A DNA stretch of 64,000 nt from Pelomyxa schiedti (lineage: Eukaryota > Protista > Evosea). The stretch spans positions 153,031 through 217,030 of the forward strand of contig JAHLWZ010000792.1 of NCBI GenBank assembly GCA_020536535.1, given 5' to 3'. Below the pieces are notes generated by a model that made no database searches, was not told where the DNA came from, and saw only the letters and a program-made list of their open reading frames with translations. A program made the position numbers and the translations under genes. Below, piece after piece: positions 27,843 through 39,943 of the stretch; within the stretch, counting starts at the first letter, position 1, and the number at the start of each line of letters is the position of its first letter.

Positions 27843-30612
27843 TTATTGAAGAAGACATCTGCTATTTGTGTGTGAATTTTTGTACTTGAGGGTGACCCAA
27901 TGTCTGACAGCGTTTTGTAAGAGGGTAACCAAAGACGCAGTAGTGCCAGACATGGCAGAGACCTCATAAAAGGGTAAAGGTAAAATCCATGACCTGTGTA
28001 ATGACACTTAGAATACTTGGTCATAGTTCGGAAATTCACAGCAACCTTGAAGAATCCCTGATTTCTTTGGTTGAAAGGCAGTTTAGACGGGTATCACTTC
28101 TGAGGTCACTGTGTATGAAAGCACTTTAAAATCACCACTTGGAGAAATAAATCGTTACACTTTGGATGCAACTACAATTAACGGAGTGTGTGGCCTATTC
28201 TGTATTATTTCTGGAATCCATTTTTCGTGCTAGGGATGGTTATAGAGAAGCAACATGGTCAAATGGTGTACCATGTGAATCAGAGAGTCGTGCCTGTCAA
28301 CTGAGACCATTAGAAAAAATAGGTCAGCTTGAAGATAACTGCTTGTTGTAACTCAAAGGAAAATCATAAAATAACTGACACTAAAGGTCGCAGGCGGAGG
28401 CTATCATCCTGGGCTGCCTAATGAACGGATGAGGATGGGATGCCTTAAATTGAGTGGCATGGCACACCGTATCCCAAATAGTCACATCGAAACTAGTGCC
28501 ATCCACATCAAGGAAAACTGTTGTATTAGGTTCATAACCCATTGTGGCAGGAGAAGGGCTAAGGGGAGGTGTAACGAATACTAAGGTACTAAGGACTTGT
28601 TGAATACCACCAAGAACCACTTTCAAGTGTTTTAATCAGTGACGTTTTTCCTACACCAGTGTCTCCAACAATAACAACTTGAAGGCTCCGAGTAGCAGTG
28701 GAAATATACTTTCTGATGTTGCGTGTTTTCAGAGCTGCTTGGGCATAAGCAAGCACCTTCCAGTATAAGTTTTAAGAAATACATCAATGAGGAAGTAACT
28801 TGGGATCGTGCAGAAAGTTCAATATCTAACAAGTCGAGAGGGAAGTGTTCCAAAAATTGCAACCATAATTCATCAATGCAAGCTACATGGTACCATTGCT
28901 TACAGACAGCGCCACATCTAATTTAACTGAGCAAGCACAGAAACATAAATTTCTCACCTAGATAAATCAATGGCAGTTTTCAAGAAAGAAAATATGTGGC
29001 GTAAAACGTCATTACCAAGACTGGCCTGGGGGCAGCTCAAACTTTCGCATTCGGTACAAGAAAGTAACAGGCAGACAAGGGGAATTGAGTTTCCTTTTTG
29101 GACAACTTGACCCCCTGTGATAACAAGAGAGTTCCTGTAATGATGTGCACTTCGCCAAAGTAAATAGTTGCTACCTCAAAATGCATGCGGCACCCAAGGA
29201 ATGTGACTCAAAAGTATGGAATGTAGAGTAGTTAATTGCCTGACTTCTCCATGTGCCTTTAGGCAAATTGACTGCATAGACACTCTTGCAGTTATTTGCC
29301 TTCATTCCAGTAGTTCCCCCGAAGATATAGAGCTCCTCTGTGGCAAGGTCCAAGGCATGGGAGAACCCCCACCTATTTCGTCATTTATCTTCAGTTATGT
29401 ATCATGCTGGAAATTCTTGAACAAGTGAGGTAAAGACCTGGAAGCAGGAATATCACCGGTTATTATCACTGGAGACCATTGAAATGTCCTAAGATTCAAC
29501 TTCCACAATACATTTTCCACAAGGTCGTGGCCGTTGGAAGAAAGTCCACCAAAGATAAACATATTTCCCTTGAACTCGCATGATCCATGATAATATCTCG
29601 TAAATGTTACTTGTGTATGGCAAAAAGATGGGAATGTGCCGAGGAGGTATTTCCCCTTGAACAGTGACACAACTCCAGGTATTAGATACAACGGAGTAGA
29701 CATAAAGTTCATTACTTGCATTTCTGAAAAAAAAAATCAACTGGGAGAATTTGGTTGAAAAGGAAACCCATTGCAGTCAAAACCTCCAAATATAAACATG
29801 TTGTCATCAAAAAAAATAGCTGAGTGACCATAGCGCATCTGGTTTGAAAAATATCCCCATTTTTGCCTATTCTCTTTATCTCAGGAGATGACATACTGTT
29901 GGGACACTTGGGCTTGACAGCCCTTGGCGTGAAAGTAGTTTCCACGAGTTAGTAAACAGGGTCAACTGCCAGAGGTCATTCAAGAAAAATCTAATAGAAC
30001 GTGAAACCACCAACATTTTCCTCACAAGGAGAACATACTCATTACGGCCACCAAACACAAGGAGGGAGTCAGAGGAGGGACAATAAACTGAAGTATGATT
30101 CATTCTCCCCAGCAACTCTTCCAGATTTTGGATCAGGAATAGGATTCCCACCAGTAAAATAACACACTGCTATTTCCTGAACTAGCCACTGAGATGCTTG
30201 TGTCCAAATGCACCCACTCTCCCATAATGTCCAGAACCCAAACGTCGTCAAAGAAGCACCTGAGGCCCGCGCCGTCCACGTCGACGCCCCCAAACATCAA
30301 CCCACAAACACTCTCCCGAGATTTCAACAAAGCCACAGACGTCGACGCCGTCGATGAGGAATGCGGCGGTACAACGCGGTCCCCGTAGCCATCGCCATCG
30401 GCAGTGCTGGCGGCAGCTGGTGCGCGAATTGCGTTATGGGACACCACAACGGGCGGCGGCACGGCGGTGATCGTGTGCCCGTGCCTTGGCCCTGGAAGAC
30501 GACCAGATGAGGCCTTACCCTCAGCCACCAATCTGTTGACCCGTCGTGACGTCATGTCGCGCTCGGTGGTCGTGTCGCATTGGATTAGTCGCCAACCAGT
30601 GCGCCGCTTCAT
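27843..30612 (-). CDS. Kelch repeats + F-box + Rho/Ras-like small GTPase ending in CaaX (start at 30555 or 30612)
   Basis: About 5-6 Kelch units (PRHGHT, RMNHTS, RYYHGS; FGG dyads). F-box LGNDVLRHIFSFLKTAIDLSRCGAVCKQWYHVACIDELW. GTPase motifs GDTGVGKT, WDTAAQ...RLRPL, EKWIPEI, SKVD and FYEVSA. Ends CLLQ*. All joined in frame by GT-AG introns. Confidence 0.85.
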
Positions 30613-30695
30613 CTTTCTCCACTTTTTCTTCTACTTTGTTTTATGAGAAAGAAGTTTGCCGATTGATGTTCCGTTGGGTTGCGGCAAGAAGAAGG

Positions 30696-31996
30696 CTACC
30701 AAGAATTCTTGCCTCTGACGCCCTGCATGTATTTGAATACAACATTTGTGAAGTCATCGGCAACGGTCATAAGAATCTATGTTGTTTGGGTTGTATTAGA
30801 GGGCTTTGTGGGATTTGAAGGTACATTCCACGCATTGTAGTCTGGGTACATTTTGTCCACATCTGGAAGACCCCCAAATCTTACTCTGTCCACTCTGTCG
30901 GCGTTACAAAGAGCGATGGTAACAACGTTGGCTGCTGGGTCGACATGAGGTCTGAGGGAATAGTTCACTTTCAATCATTAATGGAGCTGGTTAAGGGCTA
31001 CTTACAAGTGTTGTTCGTGAAACAAAATCGCTTGAGAGACTATGGATATTATGCGGCGGTCAAGGTGCTTCCTTTTCGCGTAAATTCGCCACACCTAAAA
31101 TGCGTCGGAACATGTTAAAAACTTGGTCGGCACACATTGGCACCTCGTTCGGCATGCCCAGGGTCATCCGTCTCATCTGTTGATTGAAGTGTCAGGTTCA
31201 AAGTGATTATACTGTGAGATTTGCATTCTTGTCCTGGCACAGTCATGGAAAAATGCACTGTACATGACGCATTCCTCCAGAGCACTCAGCTCCAGGTCAC
31301 AACCATCAACTGAAGCCTGTGTACATAATTACGGGAAAAACGGATACCCACGATATCCTACATTGTAGGGTACAAAAAAAAAAAAAAAAAAAAAAAGCCT
31401 AAAATACATACAGTACTACAGCCGCTAGGATGGTGGGGGTAAACAGTTCTCAGAATGAAGAGGCCATAAGTTGCAACCCTCAACCAGTGTGACATCCCAT
31501 GCAGCATTGAATACTCCAAAAGGAAACACTCCCCAACTGCCGTTGCCTTGTCCTCTTCATCGTCCTCGTCGTCACCGCACTCTGTCCCACAATGGCCATC
31601 ACTGGGGTCACTTTCTGCCTCACTTGCGCGCACTTTCGCCCTTGACGCAGTGCCTTTCGCAGGGCAATAGTCTTCGTCCTCCCCGTCGCCGTCGTCGAAC
31701 TCCGCGGCCTCTGAGCGCTCGGGGGCGGTGTCGACGTAGAGTTGAGTGAATCGTGCCACGCACTGACGAAGCGCAGCGCGAAGTTGCTCATCGACGGCGG
31801 GTTTGGGTGGCACTTATGGGCTGTGAGCGCCGCGCCACTACGATTGATTTGATTGCGTTGTGTGGTCGGGAGAAAGTAAGTAGGCTCACCGTCTACTGCG
31901 GTACCAAAGAACACGTTACTGAGCAGTCGGCTTACCATCAAAACGTGCAACACCCAACTTGGCGAAGGTTAAACTAACTGTTTTCCCCCTGTTCAT
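30696..31996 (-). CDS. HD-domain phosphohydrolase with acidic N-terminal insertion
   Basis: LHGMSHWLRV, AFFHD, DPGHAERGA, AILFH and NADRVDRVRF in the order expected for the HD family. One internal splice junction (about 31220-31165) is ambiguous. Confidence 0.75.
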
Positions 31997-32111
31997 CAGA
32001 TTGCACACGGGAGGGAGTAAGGAGAAGACTCTACTACTACGAACCGATAGTACAAAAGGAGAGGGGATTCTCCTAATGAACTAATGCTCACAGCACTCTG
32101 TGTGTACAGTA

Positions 32112-32500
32112 CCAAATTTCTTTTTTGTTATCCTTTCCTCAATTATAACTCCTCAACAGTGCCAATGCCTGCCTCAAATTGGTGTGAGCCACATTCCTCA
32201 CACAAAGACGCACAGAACTGTATGCTTGCTTTGGTTCAAGGCCCACATTTTCCTGGCAAACTCAGGAATTTCGAGGGCTTTCACCCCTAGGAAGCCCTTT
32301 GTCCTGAGATTTTTGAGATTTTAGGTCACCCCATTTTGACATCACTGTGAGGGCCCTGGTCCAAAACCTACTTCCATGCTCGGCATTCATTCCATTGCTT
32401 TAATGCTGGGGAGAATGGTCCAAATTTCTTTTTTGTTATCCTTTCCTCAATTATAACTCCTCAACAGTGCCAATGCCTGCCTCAAATTGGTGTGAGCCAC
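32112..32500. repeat. Identical 81-bp direct repeats (32112-32192 and 32420-32500) flanking a 227-bp unique segment
   Basis: ccaaatttcttttttgttatcc...attggtgtgagccac occurs twice, read directly from the sequence. Confidence 0.92.
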
Positions 32501-32683
32501 TTTCATCTCCACCCAAAAGAGGGGAACACCCCTCTTTTGGGTGGTTGCCTTTTTCCTCCTTTTGCTAGCTTTGCTGTTGTGCCCCTCGAGAAGTATATTC
32601 TGCTGCTGGAAGCACCAACTTGGGTTGGCGTTGATTACGAACAAGTTCTTCGGGGAATACATCGAACACACCAAACGTTTGTG

Positions 32684-35600
32684 ATGATGAGCAGCAGTTC
32701 GGCGGACGAGATACGAGATCCGGTCGGCGACCACCTAGATCTCAATGCTTTAATTGTAGTGGAGCAGTCACAGCAAGAAGTAAAGGTCCACATCGTATGC
32801 GGTCTAATGCACCCAAGTCAACAGCAACAGCAGCACCAGCCACAACCACAAAGACTCGCGACCAGCGGCGTTGCCACGGAAACTACCTCTAATACTTCCC
32901 CGGCGTCGGCTGACGGCCTAGCCGTTGGCTCTTGTGCCACGGCGGAATCTGCTCCCAGTCTCGCAGCGAACGGCGCGGACGACGGCACCAAATCGACGTC
33001 GTCTGGCGCAGTCAAAACTAGTACCCCCACTGGCATGCCTTTTTCCAAGATGTTTTTGGTTGATTCATCGGCCAAGGCATTGGACCTAACCAAACTTGCT
33101 CACACGAAGTTCTCCCAAGTCTGTTCACTTTCACCACTGTCTTTGTTTTCACTGTACAATTACTGCGAATATGGGTCTGGTATTTCTCCCAGACTTCATT
33201 CTGTTGCCTAAACCATGGCCATTAGATGTATACTTTCACAAATTGGATGACAATTCCTTAGTGTTGGACGTTCTCAATGCTGGTAAAAGTCACTGGCGAA
33301 CGTCACAGCATCGTTTAGTTCTACTTGAAGAAGGTTGCCTTCTGAGAGAGGTGAATTCTTACTTCATATTTCCAGTTCTCTCACAACATATAGGATCTAG
33401 GATTCATGCAACCAACCAAATTAACAATTCCACCTTTCCTACAAGAGCAATCTTCAATGAGCATGGAAACTAATCCCTCCAACATATCACATAGAACTCC
33501 ATTTTATCGTAGCCGTACCATGTCCATGATACCCTCTTCTTCTTCTTCTTCTTCAATTCTGTCACGCCGCTCACCTTCCACTCTCTTCAACAGAAAGTCG
33601 CAGCTATCTCAGAAATCTCCCCCGTTACCAGAGGCACAACAAACACCACCTACTACCACTGCTTCCTCTAAACCATCATCACACCAACCCCTAACACCAT
33701 TGTCCGCTTCGGTACCAGTTTCCAGTGGATCAACTGGGTCAATCAAGTTGGGTCAGAGTGCAACTGGTGCCAACTTGGACAATGTACCGAACATTGGTAC
33801 TGGTTATTACTTGATACAGACATTCGACAAGAGTTTCTTGTGCTGTGGAATGGCCTCTAATGGAAGTGTTACTCTTGCCACTTCTGTGGGGGCTGGAGAA
33901 TTATGGTTTGTAAGTGTTAAAACTAAACAAGAGAGAAAGGATACCAAGACGTTTCTGGCCTTAAGAGGGTAAGGTGCCCATTTATTTCATTATTAAGAAG
34001 CCAACTATTTTTCCTCCTCAGGAGCAATAAGTTGTGGCTAAAGTTCACAAAAGGGTCTGCTTATCCAACATGTGTGAACGGATCACCCAAAGAGGCAGAT
34101 CACCTTAGAGTTATAAATGCTGGAGCCTCAAGTAGATTTTACTTATGGTGCATTTTCTGTTTCTTTTTTTTTTTGGACAATAAATATGTCATGGCAAGTG
34201 CAGTAACCATATGATAACAGTACACATAATAATCTGTTCCTTGGAATAAGAGAGTCTAAGCTTATCTGTGACTTGGAAACTACAACGTCCTCTGATGCCC
34301 TTACTTTTTCTCCTGTTGCTGCCCCACCAGCATTTGATGCTACCACTCGTGGTTTCATCAGTGAAGTGCTAAACGAAGCTTCTCTTCTTGTGTCACAACA
34401 CAGACTTGATGAGGCTTTGCGATGCTATGAGCTTTTGCTGGGCAAAGAAAAAATGGAAACCCAACAAATATTCGAAGTCAAATTGGCAAAAGCGGCCATA
34501 TTGAGGATGCTCTCAAGATATGATGAAGCCCTGCTATGTGCTGAATCACTTCCTGGTGGAGATGCACGCACTCAGGCTTCTCGTGGTTTGGCCTTCCGTG
34601 ATCTAAGAAAACATGAGGCAGCTGCCTCAGCATTTGAGAGTGCAATTTCGCTTTATGGGCAAGACCAGGAGTTAATGATATGCAAGGCATCTGAATTGTG
34701 GTTGTGTGGAAGGTGCACTGAGGCAAATTCACTGTGGCAAACTATCACATTGGCACCTCCCACCACATCTCGATCATGTACTATGCTCGGACCTACTCAC
34801 AACCACGAAACTGGGTGTTCACTCGCCTTAGCTGGAAAGCATAAAGAGGCACTCCAGTGGTTTGAGGCGGCACTCAGGACTAGCCATCATAATCCTTTCA
34901 CTTTACGTAAAAAAGCACTGTCCTTACGCTTGCTCAACCGACATGATGAAGCTCTTGTAAGTTTGGACTATGCCCTTGCCCTCAGGCAAAATGATCCAGA
35001 TATATTGCATGAAAAAGGAGTGATACTTGTTTTTTTGAAAAAATATGATGAAGGTATCTTTTGCTTTGATTCCAGCCTCAAACTTCGCCCAAATCACAAA
35101 GAGACACTGGATGAGGTACCAGCCTTCTAATAACTTTTTTCCCCTAAAATTTGGCAATAGAAACGACTTGCAGAAGCAGCACAATTACAACACATGAATG
35201 CATCACCTCCTTTTTCTCCTACTCAGCGTTCAATGAGTCCGTCCTCCCCACAACCTCGTGGATCCTCACTCAGGACACATCACCCTTCGTGGGCTTTAAG
35301 TCTTGTATTGGAGCAAGAGGCCCATTTCCGAAAATCTGTTCACGAGTATGTAACCATTTAACTGGATATCCAAATTAACACTCCTTTAAGAGCACAATCA
35401 TTTGCTGCAGTCATTGCAGTTGTTGGAAACACTGGTACCGGCAAAAGCTCTCTTATAAATGCTGTTGCTCAACATGAAGTGACCTTGTATGGTAATTCTT
35501 TGCTGCTATTCCCAAACTTAATCGTCTACTCTACAGAGCAGGTGCAGGGAAGCCAATAACAAAAGAACCATCTAGGCATGTCGTTGATTCCAACCTGATT

Positions 35601-38600
35601 GTCTATGAGACACCTGGTACTGAAGGAAACCCTTCCACTGAACTTCCAATCATATTGAAACAATTATTTGAGCTTGCAGCCCACCAAAATCCACCAGAGG
35701 AAATACACATGGCAAGCTCCTATATCCTCCTTCTCAAGTCATAAAAAAGTTAACTGAATCATAAGGTATGGTGGGTAATCTCTGCAGCAGATAACAGAAT
35801 TGTCCCAAAGACCGTTCTGGATACATGTGAGCAACTTCTCATACGGCCCAATGGAACCAGAATTCCTGTTCTTTTGGTTGTAAATAAGTTTATACCCAAT
35901 TCTGCTGGAATTATTTTGCAATCTGCAATAGAGAACGATGAAACAAGAAAGTTTTTCCTCTCTGTGGTTTACACAAATGCTGTTCCTGACATAAATTTTG
36001 TTTCTTCTGTTTATCTGTGTCCAAAGTATTGATAAACCCTTCATAAAACAAACGTAATGCATTCCAGCTGTAAGACCACCAGAATGTGTTGCCCTCCCAG
36101 CACACCTGGCGGACCATGGCAATTCCAATGCACCAAATGCGGACCCACTACTGAAACTGTTCTTCCACATAACATTTCTGCACTCAAGGATGCAACAATA
36201 CTCATCCTCCCAGATGTAGTAAAAAGTGGGCTGAAACTCCAGAGACTTACTGATATTAGAAAGACATATACACAAGCAGTAGCTTCCATAATTAGCTGGA
36301 TTCCATCAGTGTGTTACCTGCCACCTTGAAAAACTTTGTGGGAGTAACTTTTGTCGTTTAGATTGGAGTTATGAAATCTACACAAGCAGAGGAGCGAGTT
36401 TCACAATATATGTCCCAGATTGCAAAGCTTTTTGGTATAAAAACTTCATCAAGGAAGAATGACCTCCTCTCTGCTGGAATGAATATTCCTGTACATATTC
36501 TCATTCACAAATCACTTGCAATTGACACCTTTTTCCTCTGCAGAGCCTGTTTTCTCAATACTTAGGTATTGCTGGCCCGGAGACTCCTGTTGTGCACATC
36601 GCATCTGTGTGCCTTCTCTGGGCCACTCTCATCAAGAGATGCCAAGAATTGCTTATAGGCTCCTCCTCAGCTGTGGGCTTTCGAATAGGTGATGTTGTGG
36701 AGAACCTGGCACTTGTAAATAACCTTCTGGATTGTGTGAAAATCAGTGTGGCAAATTTCCTCAAAGAAAACAGAGTACTACTGAATTCGACGGGGACTCC
36801 ACCAAGCAATACCACAGCTGCAAGTAACAATCTTTCTGCATCTACTACAGCAATACCTTCTGGTGTCGCAAGTTCTGCTCAGTCAAATACAAGTGGCTTC
36901 CCTATTGACAAGCTAATTGCCGATGTTTCAGCCGTTGTCGAACAAGGACTGATTCCCGAAAGATTCCGTGATCACATGCTCGCCGGGGATCTTGGAAGTC
37001 GATCAGTTACACATTCTCCTGAAAATGATGAAACTGTACTTCTAAATATGCTGGAAACATGTTCAAAGTTTGTTTCCCTCCCCCCACAAAGCCTAATCCT
37101 TCTCAGTGATCTCGAGAGCGTGGATTTAATGCCACAACATCTTGTTGGTTTGGTTATGATGCAACCCGTTGAACAACCAGCTGCATCAGTTTCAACGTTT
37201 TTAAAATGGTGCCACTCCGTCACAAAAACAGGAGAGCTACACAAAGTTGAATGGATGCTATGCTTTCTAAATGAATGGATAAACCAAATTCCTGGTTAGT
37301 TTTCTGCCATATTTTATTTGTTCAACACCGTCATAGATGACTTCAAAACTCCTGAGACACAGAACCAACTTAATGTCATACTGGACGAAGTAGTTTCTAG
37401 ACGGTTTAATGTACAGACGATATACGATGCTTTATCACAGAATAAAGATGCTAATGTTTCTGGGGAATCTGACATAGTGATCCAAACTCCTCAAGGCCTT
37501 AATAATGATGAAGTTAACCAAATAAAATGGGAACGGATTCCCGAAATCCTAGCGAATTCACTCTATAATCTGGCCTCAAAGTGGGTTTATGTTGATTGGT
37601 TGCTCTACCGCAAAGTTGCCAACAACTTGCGCTCTCTCCTGGTGGTGTGCAACGGCCAGTCACCTTTGTCACAGAAAAAAGATCTTTATTGTTTTTATAG
37701 GAACACTCCACAGAAAGAGACTCATTTGAATCGAGAATTGAGTCAGAGGAACTTTGGACAATCACACAAGTTCTGTCTGCAAGCAATCCCAAACAGCGAA
37801 GAGAAGCCATAGAGGTTTTTCCACGATTTTTTTTAATGTGTTACCTTATATTGTCTTAGGCCTGTATCAACCTCGGCCTGACCCTTATCAAGTTAAATAA
37901 CCACCAAGGCGCATGTGCTATAGCATCAGCTTTAAGATCTCCAATTCTAGAGCCACTTGTTAATGCAAAAGCTTTTACTGAAAATGTCCACATTGAAGTG
38001 AGGTTCCTCTGGTTATCTGTAGTACTGAATTGTACAACAGAATCTAAATAAACTCCTGGCCAACGTTACCTGGTGATGATAGCTTGTATCCAAATATTAA
38101 TGAGCTTACAAATTGCTGCATACCCCCAATTGATAAATATTACACTGCTTGCCTGGCCTACAAATCTTATTCACTGTCCAATCCAGACCGCTATTGCCTC
38201 ATCTATAACTTGGCCATGGAACTTAAATAGTAGCACACACTTTTCCTGAAAAGCTTAATTACTGCTATCAGCTTCCAAAGCGGCGTTATAACTATTGCCG
38301 AGTTTCCAGAAAGAAATCAGAAGTTCAGTGACTTGCTTCCGCTTCCTCATCTGTCTTTTTCGGAGCTTGAGCAAAAAGCACAGGATTGTTATGTTGAAGC
38401 AAGACTTTTATCTGGGTTTTGTGTTGTAAAAGTTTCTTTTATGTTTAACACCAACCAGGATTGCGTCTCACCATTTGTTTGGTACGAGACTATCGGTCTC
38501 AATACAAGACATATTTGGGTAGGTAGCTGATTTCTAAACGTGAAATCTCAGGGCAGACACAGGAGCAAACCTGTGGAAACAATAGTTAGAGAATTTGCTG

Positions 38601-39505
38601 ATTCTATTAAGTTATTGGTGGACATGAAAAACCTTAAAATAAAGCTTTCAACAATTACTGGTATTGTGGATATTCCCTCACCTAACGAGTATTTTGATTG
38701 ACACACATGTCAGCAACAATTTATGATCTATGCATTCATCAGCTTTCCGTTGGAGATGCAGTTTCCGAAGATATAATCCAGGAGATCGTGCGTGCTGAGA
38801 TTTTAGTAAGATGTCATGCAGAAATCTTTTCCTGGTGTCAAGTACCCATATTGCACATTCATCTTTAAATCACATCTTTTAAGGGGCAAGTATTACCATT
38901 TACGCCGAATACAATTCGATGCAGTGAAGCGGATAAATCTGCCGAGGCACAGTGGTCTCGGCACAGAGACAGCACTCCCTCTGATTTTGGTGTAGAATCA
39001 GAATTTTGGCTGGTATCAATTTTCAATGCCTACAAAATTCTTACATTGGTGAAAAGGGACCAAAAACCGACGGGGGGATTACAACGACACTCAAACCGTT
39101 TCAGGCGGCCATTGATACATTTAAAGCAATTAAAACAAAAGCATGCCCAACTGAAAAAGCTGCATGTGTTACAAAGACTGCCCATGCCATGTTCAAATTT
39201 GTTACACAGCTGTGGGAAGGTGTTGAGGGACCAAAGAAGGATGCTGCTGTAATGAGCGGTGATGTCACAGTATCTGTATTTCAGTATGTAGTAGCACATG
39301 CCTGTGTTCCATTCCTGTTTACTGAGCTCCTGATTGCTTCCGAGTTTGTATTCCCTTCTCCTTCTAGAAGTCAAGAGATAGAACCTTACATTTCAATAGG
39401 CTGTCATCTGGCCCTGATGCAAGTGAGCACGAGTACTACCTCATGTCAGCCGCCGTGGCAGCAGTGGCACTCTTTCTTCCAACCTCCTCCTCTTCATCAT
39501 CATAA
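32684..39505 (+). CDS. Large multidomain protein: low-complexity and beta-rich N-terminus, TPR repeats, P-loop GTPase with Zn-ribbon insert, helical region, C-terminal VPS9 (Rab5-GEF) domain
   Basis: TPRs (ORF 34273-35130), VVGNTGTGKSSLINA, AGAGKPITK, YETPG, IHM|VWWVIS, VLLVVNK, CP.C...CTKCG, and VPS9-like PTEKAACVTKT...MSGDVTVSVFQYVVAHA. Start, end and single-gene status are inferred from in-frame splicing. Confidence 0.7.
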
Positions 39506-39943
39506 ACAGAATTGCACTATTCGGGATCATTTGAGCTTCGTGTTGGAGCCCACAGTGAATTCCACCACTCAACACCGTTTGTGTAAAAAGAAGACTGAAA
39601 ATGTGAGTGTTTTTTATTTCCTCCCATCATTTCTGGTTTATGAGCACAACCCCCGAATTCTAAAAATAGCTGTAGTTCTGGATCACTGCGAGACCGGGGT
39701 GGACAGTATTTTCCGGTTCTCACAAACACTGTTCCTCAGCCCGCAAACGTGCACACTAGGTCTGAACACGGTTTCCCCCAATTCACCACTGATTTTTTCT
39801 TCCCTATTGACTCCGAAAGTAGATTATGGTTGCTAAGGGCACATGGACAGAACAAAGTAGAAGACATCTGAACTGAACCACCCTTCTTTCATTATTTCGT
39901 GGGTTGCATTACCATTTTTATTGTTTGGTTTGGAGAGTTGGAG

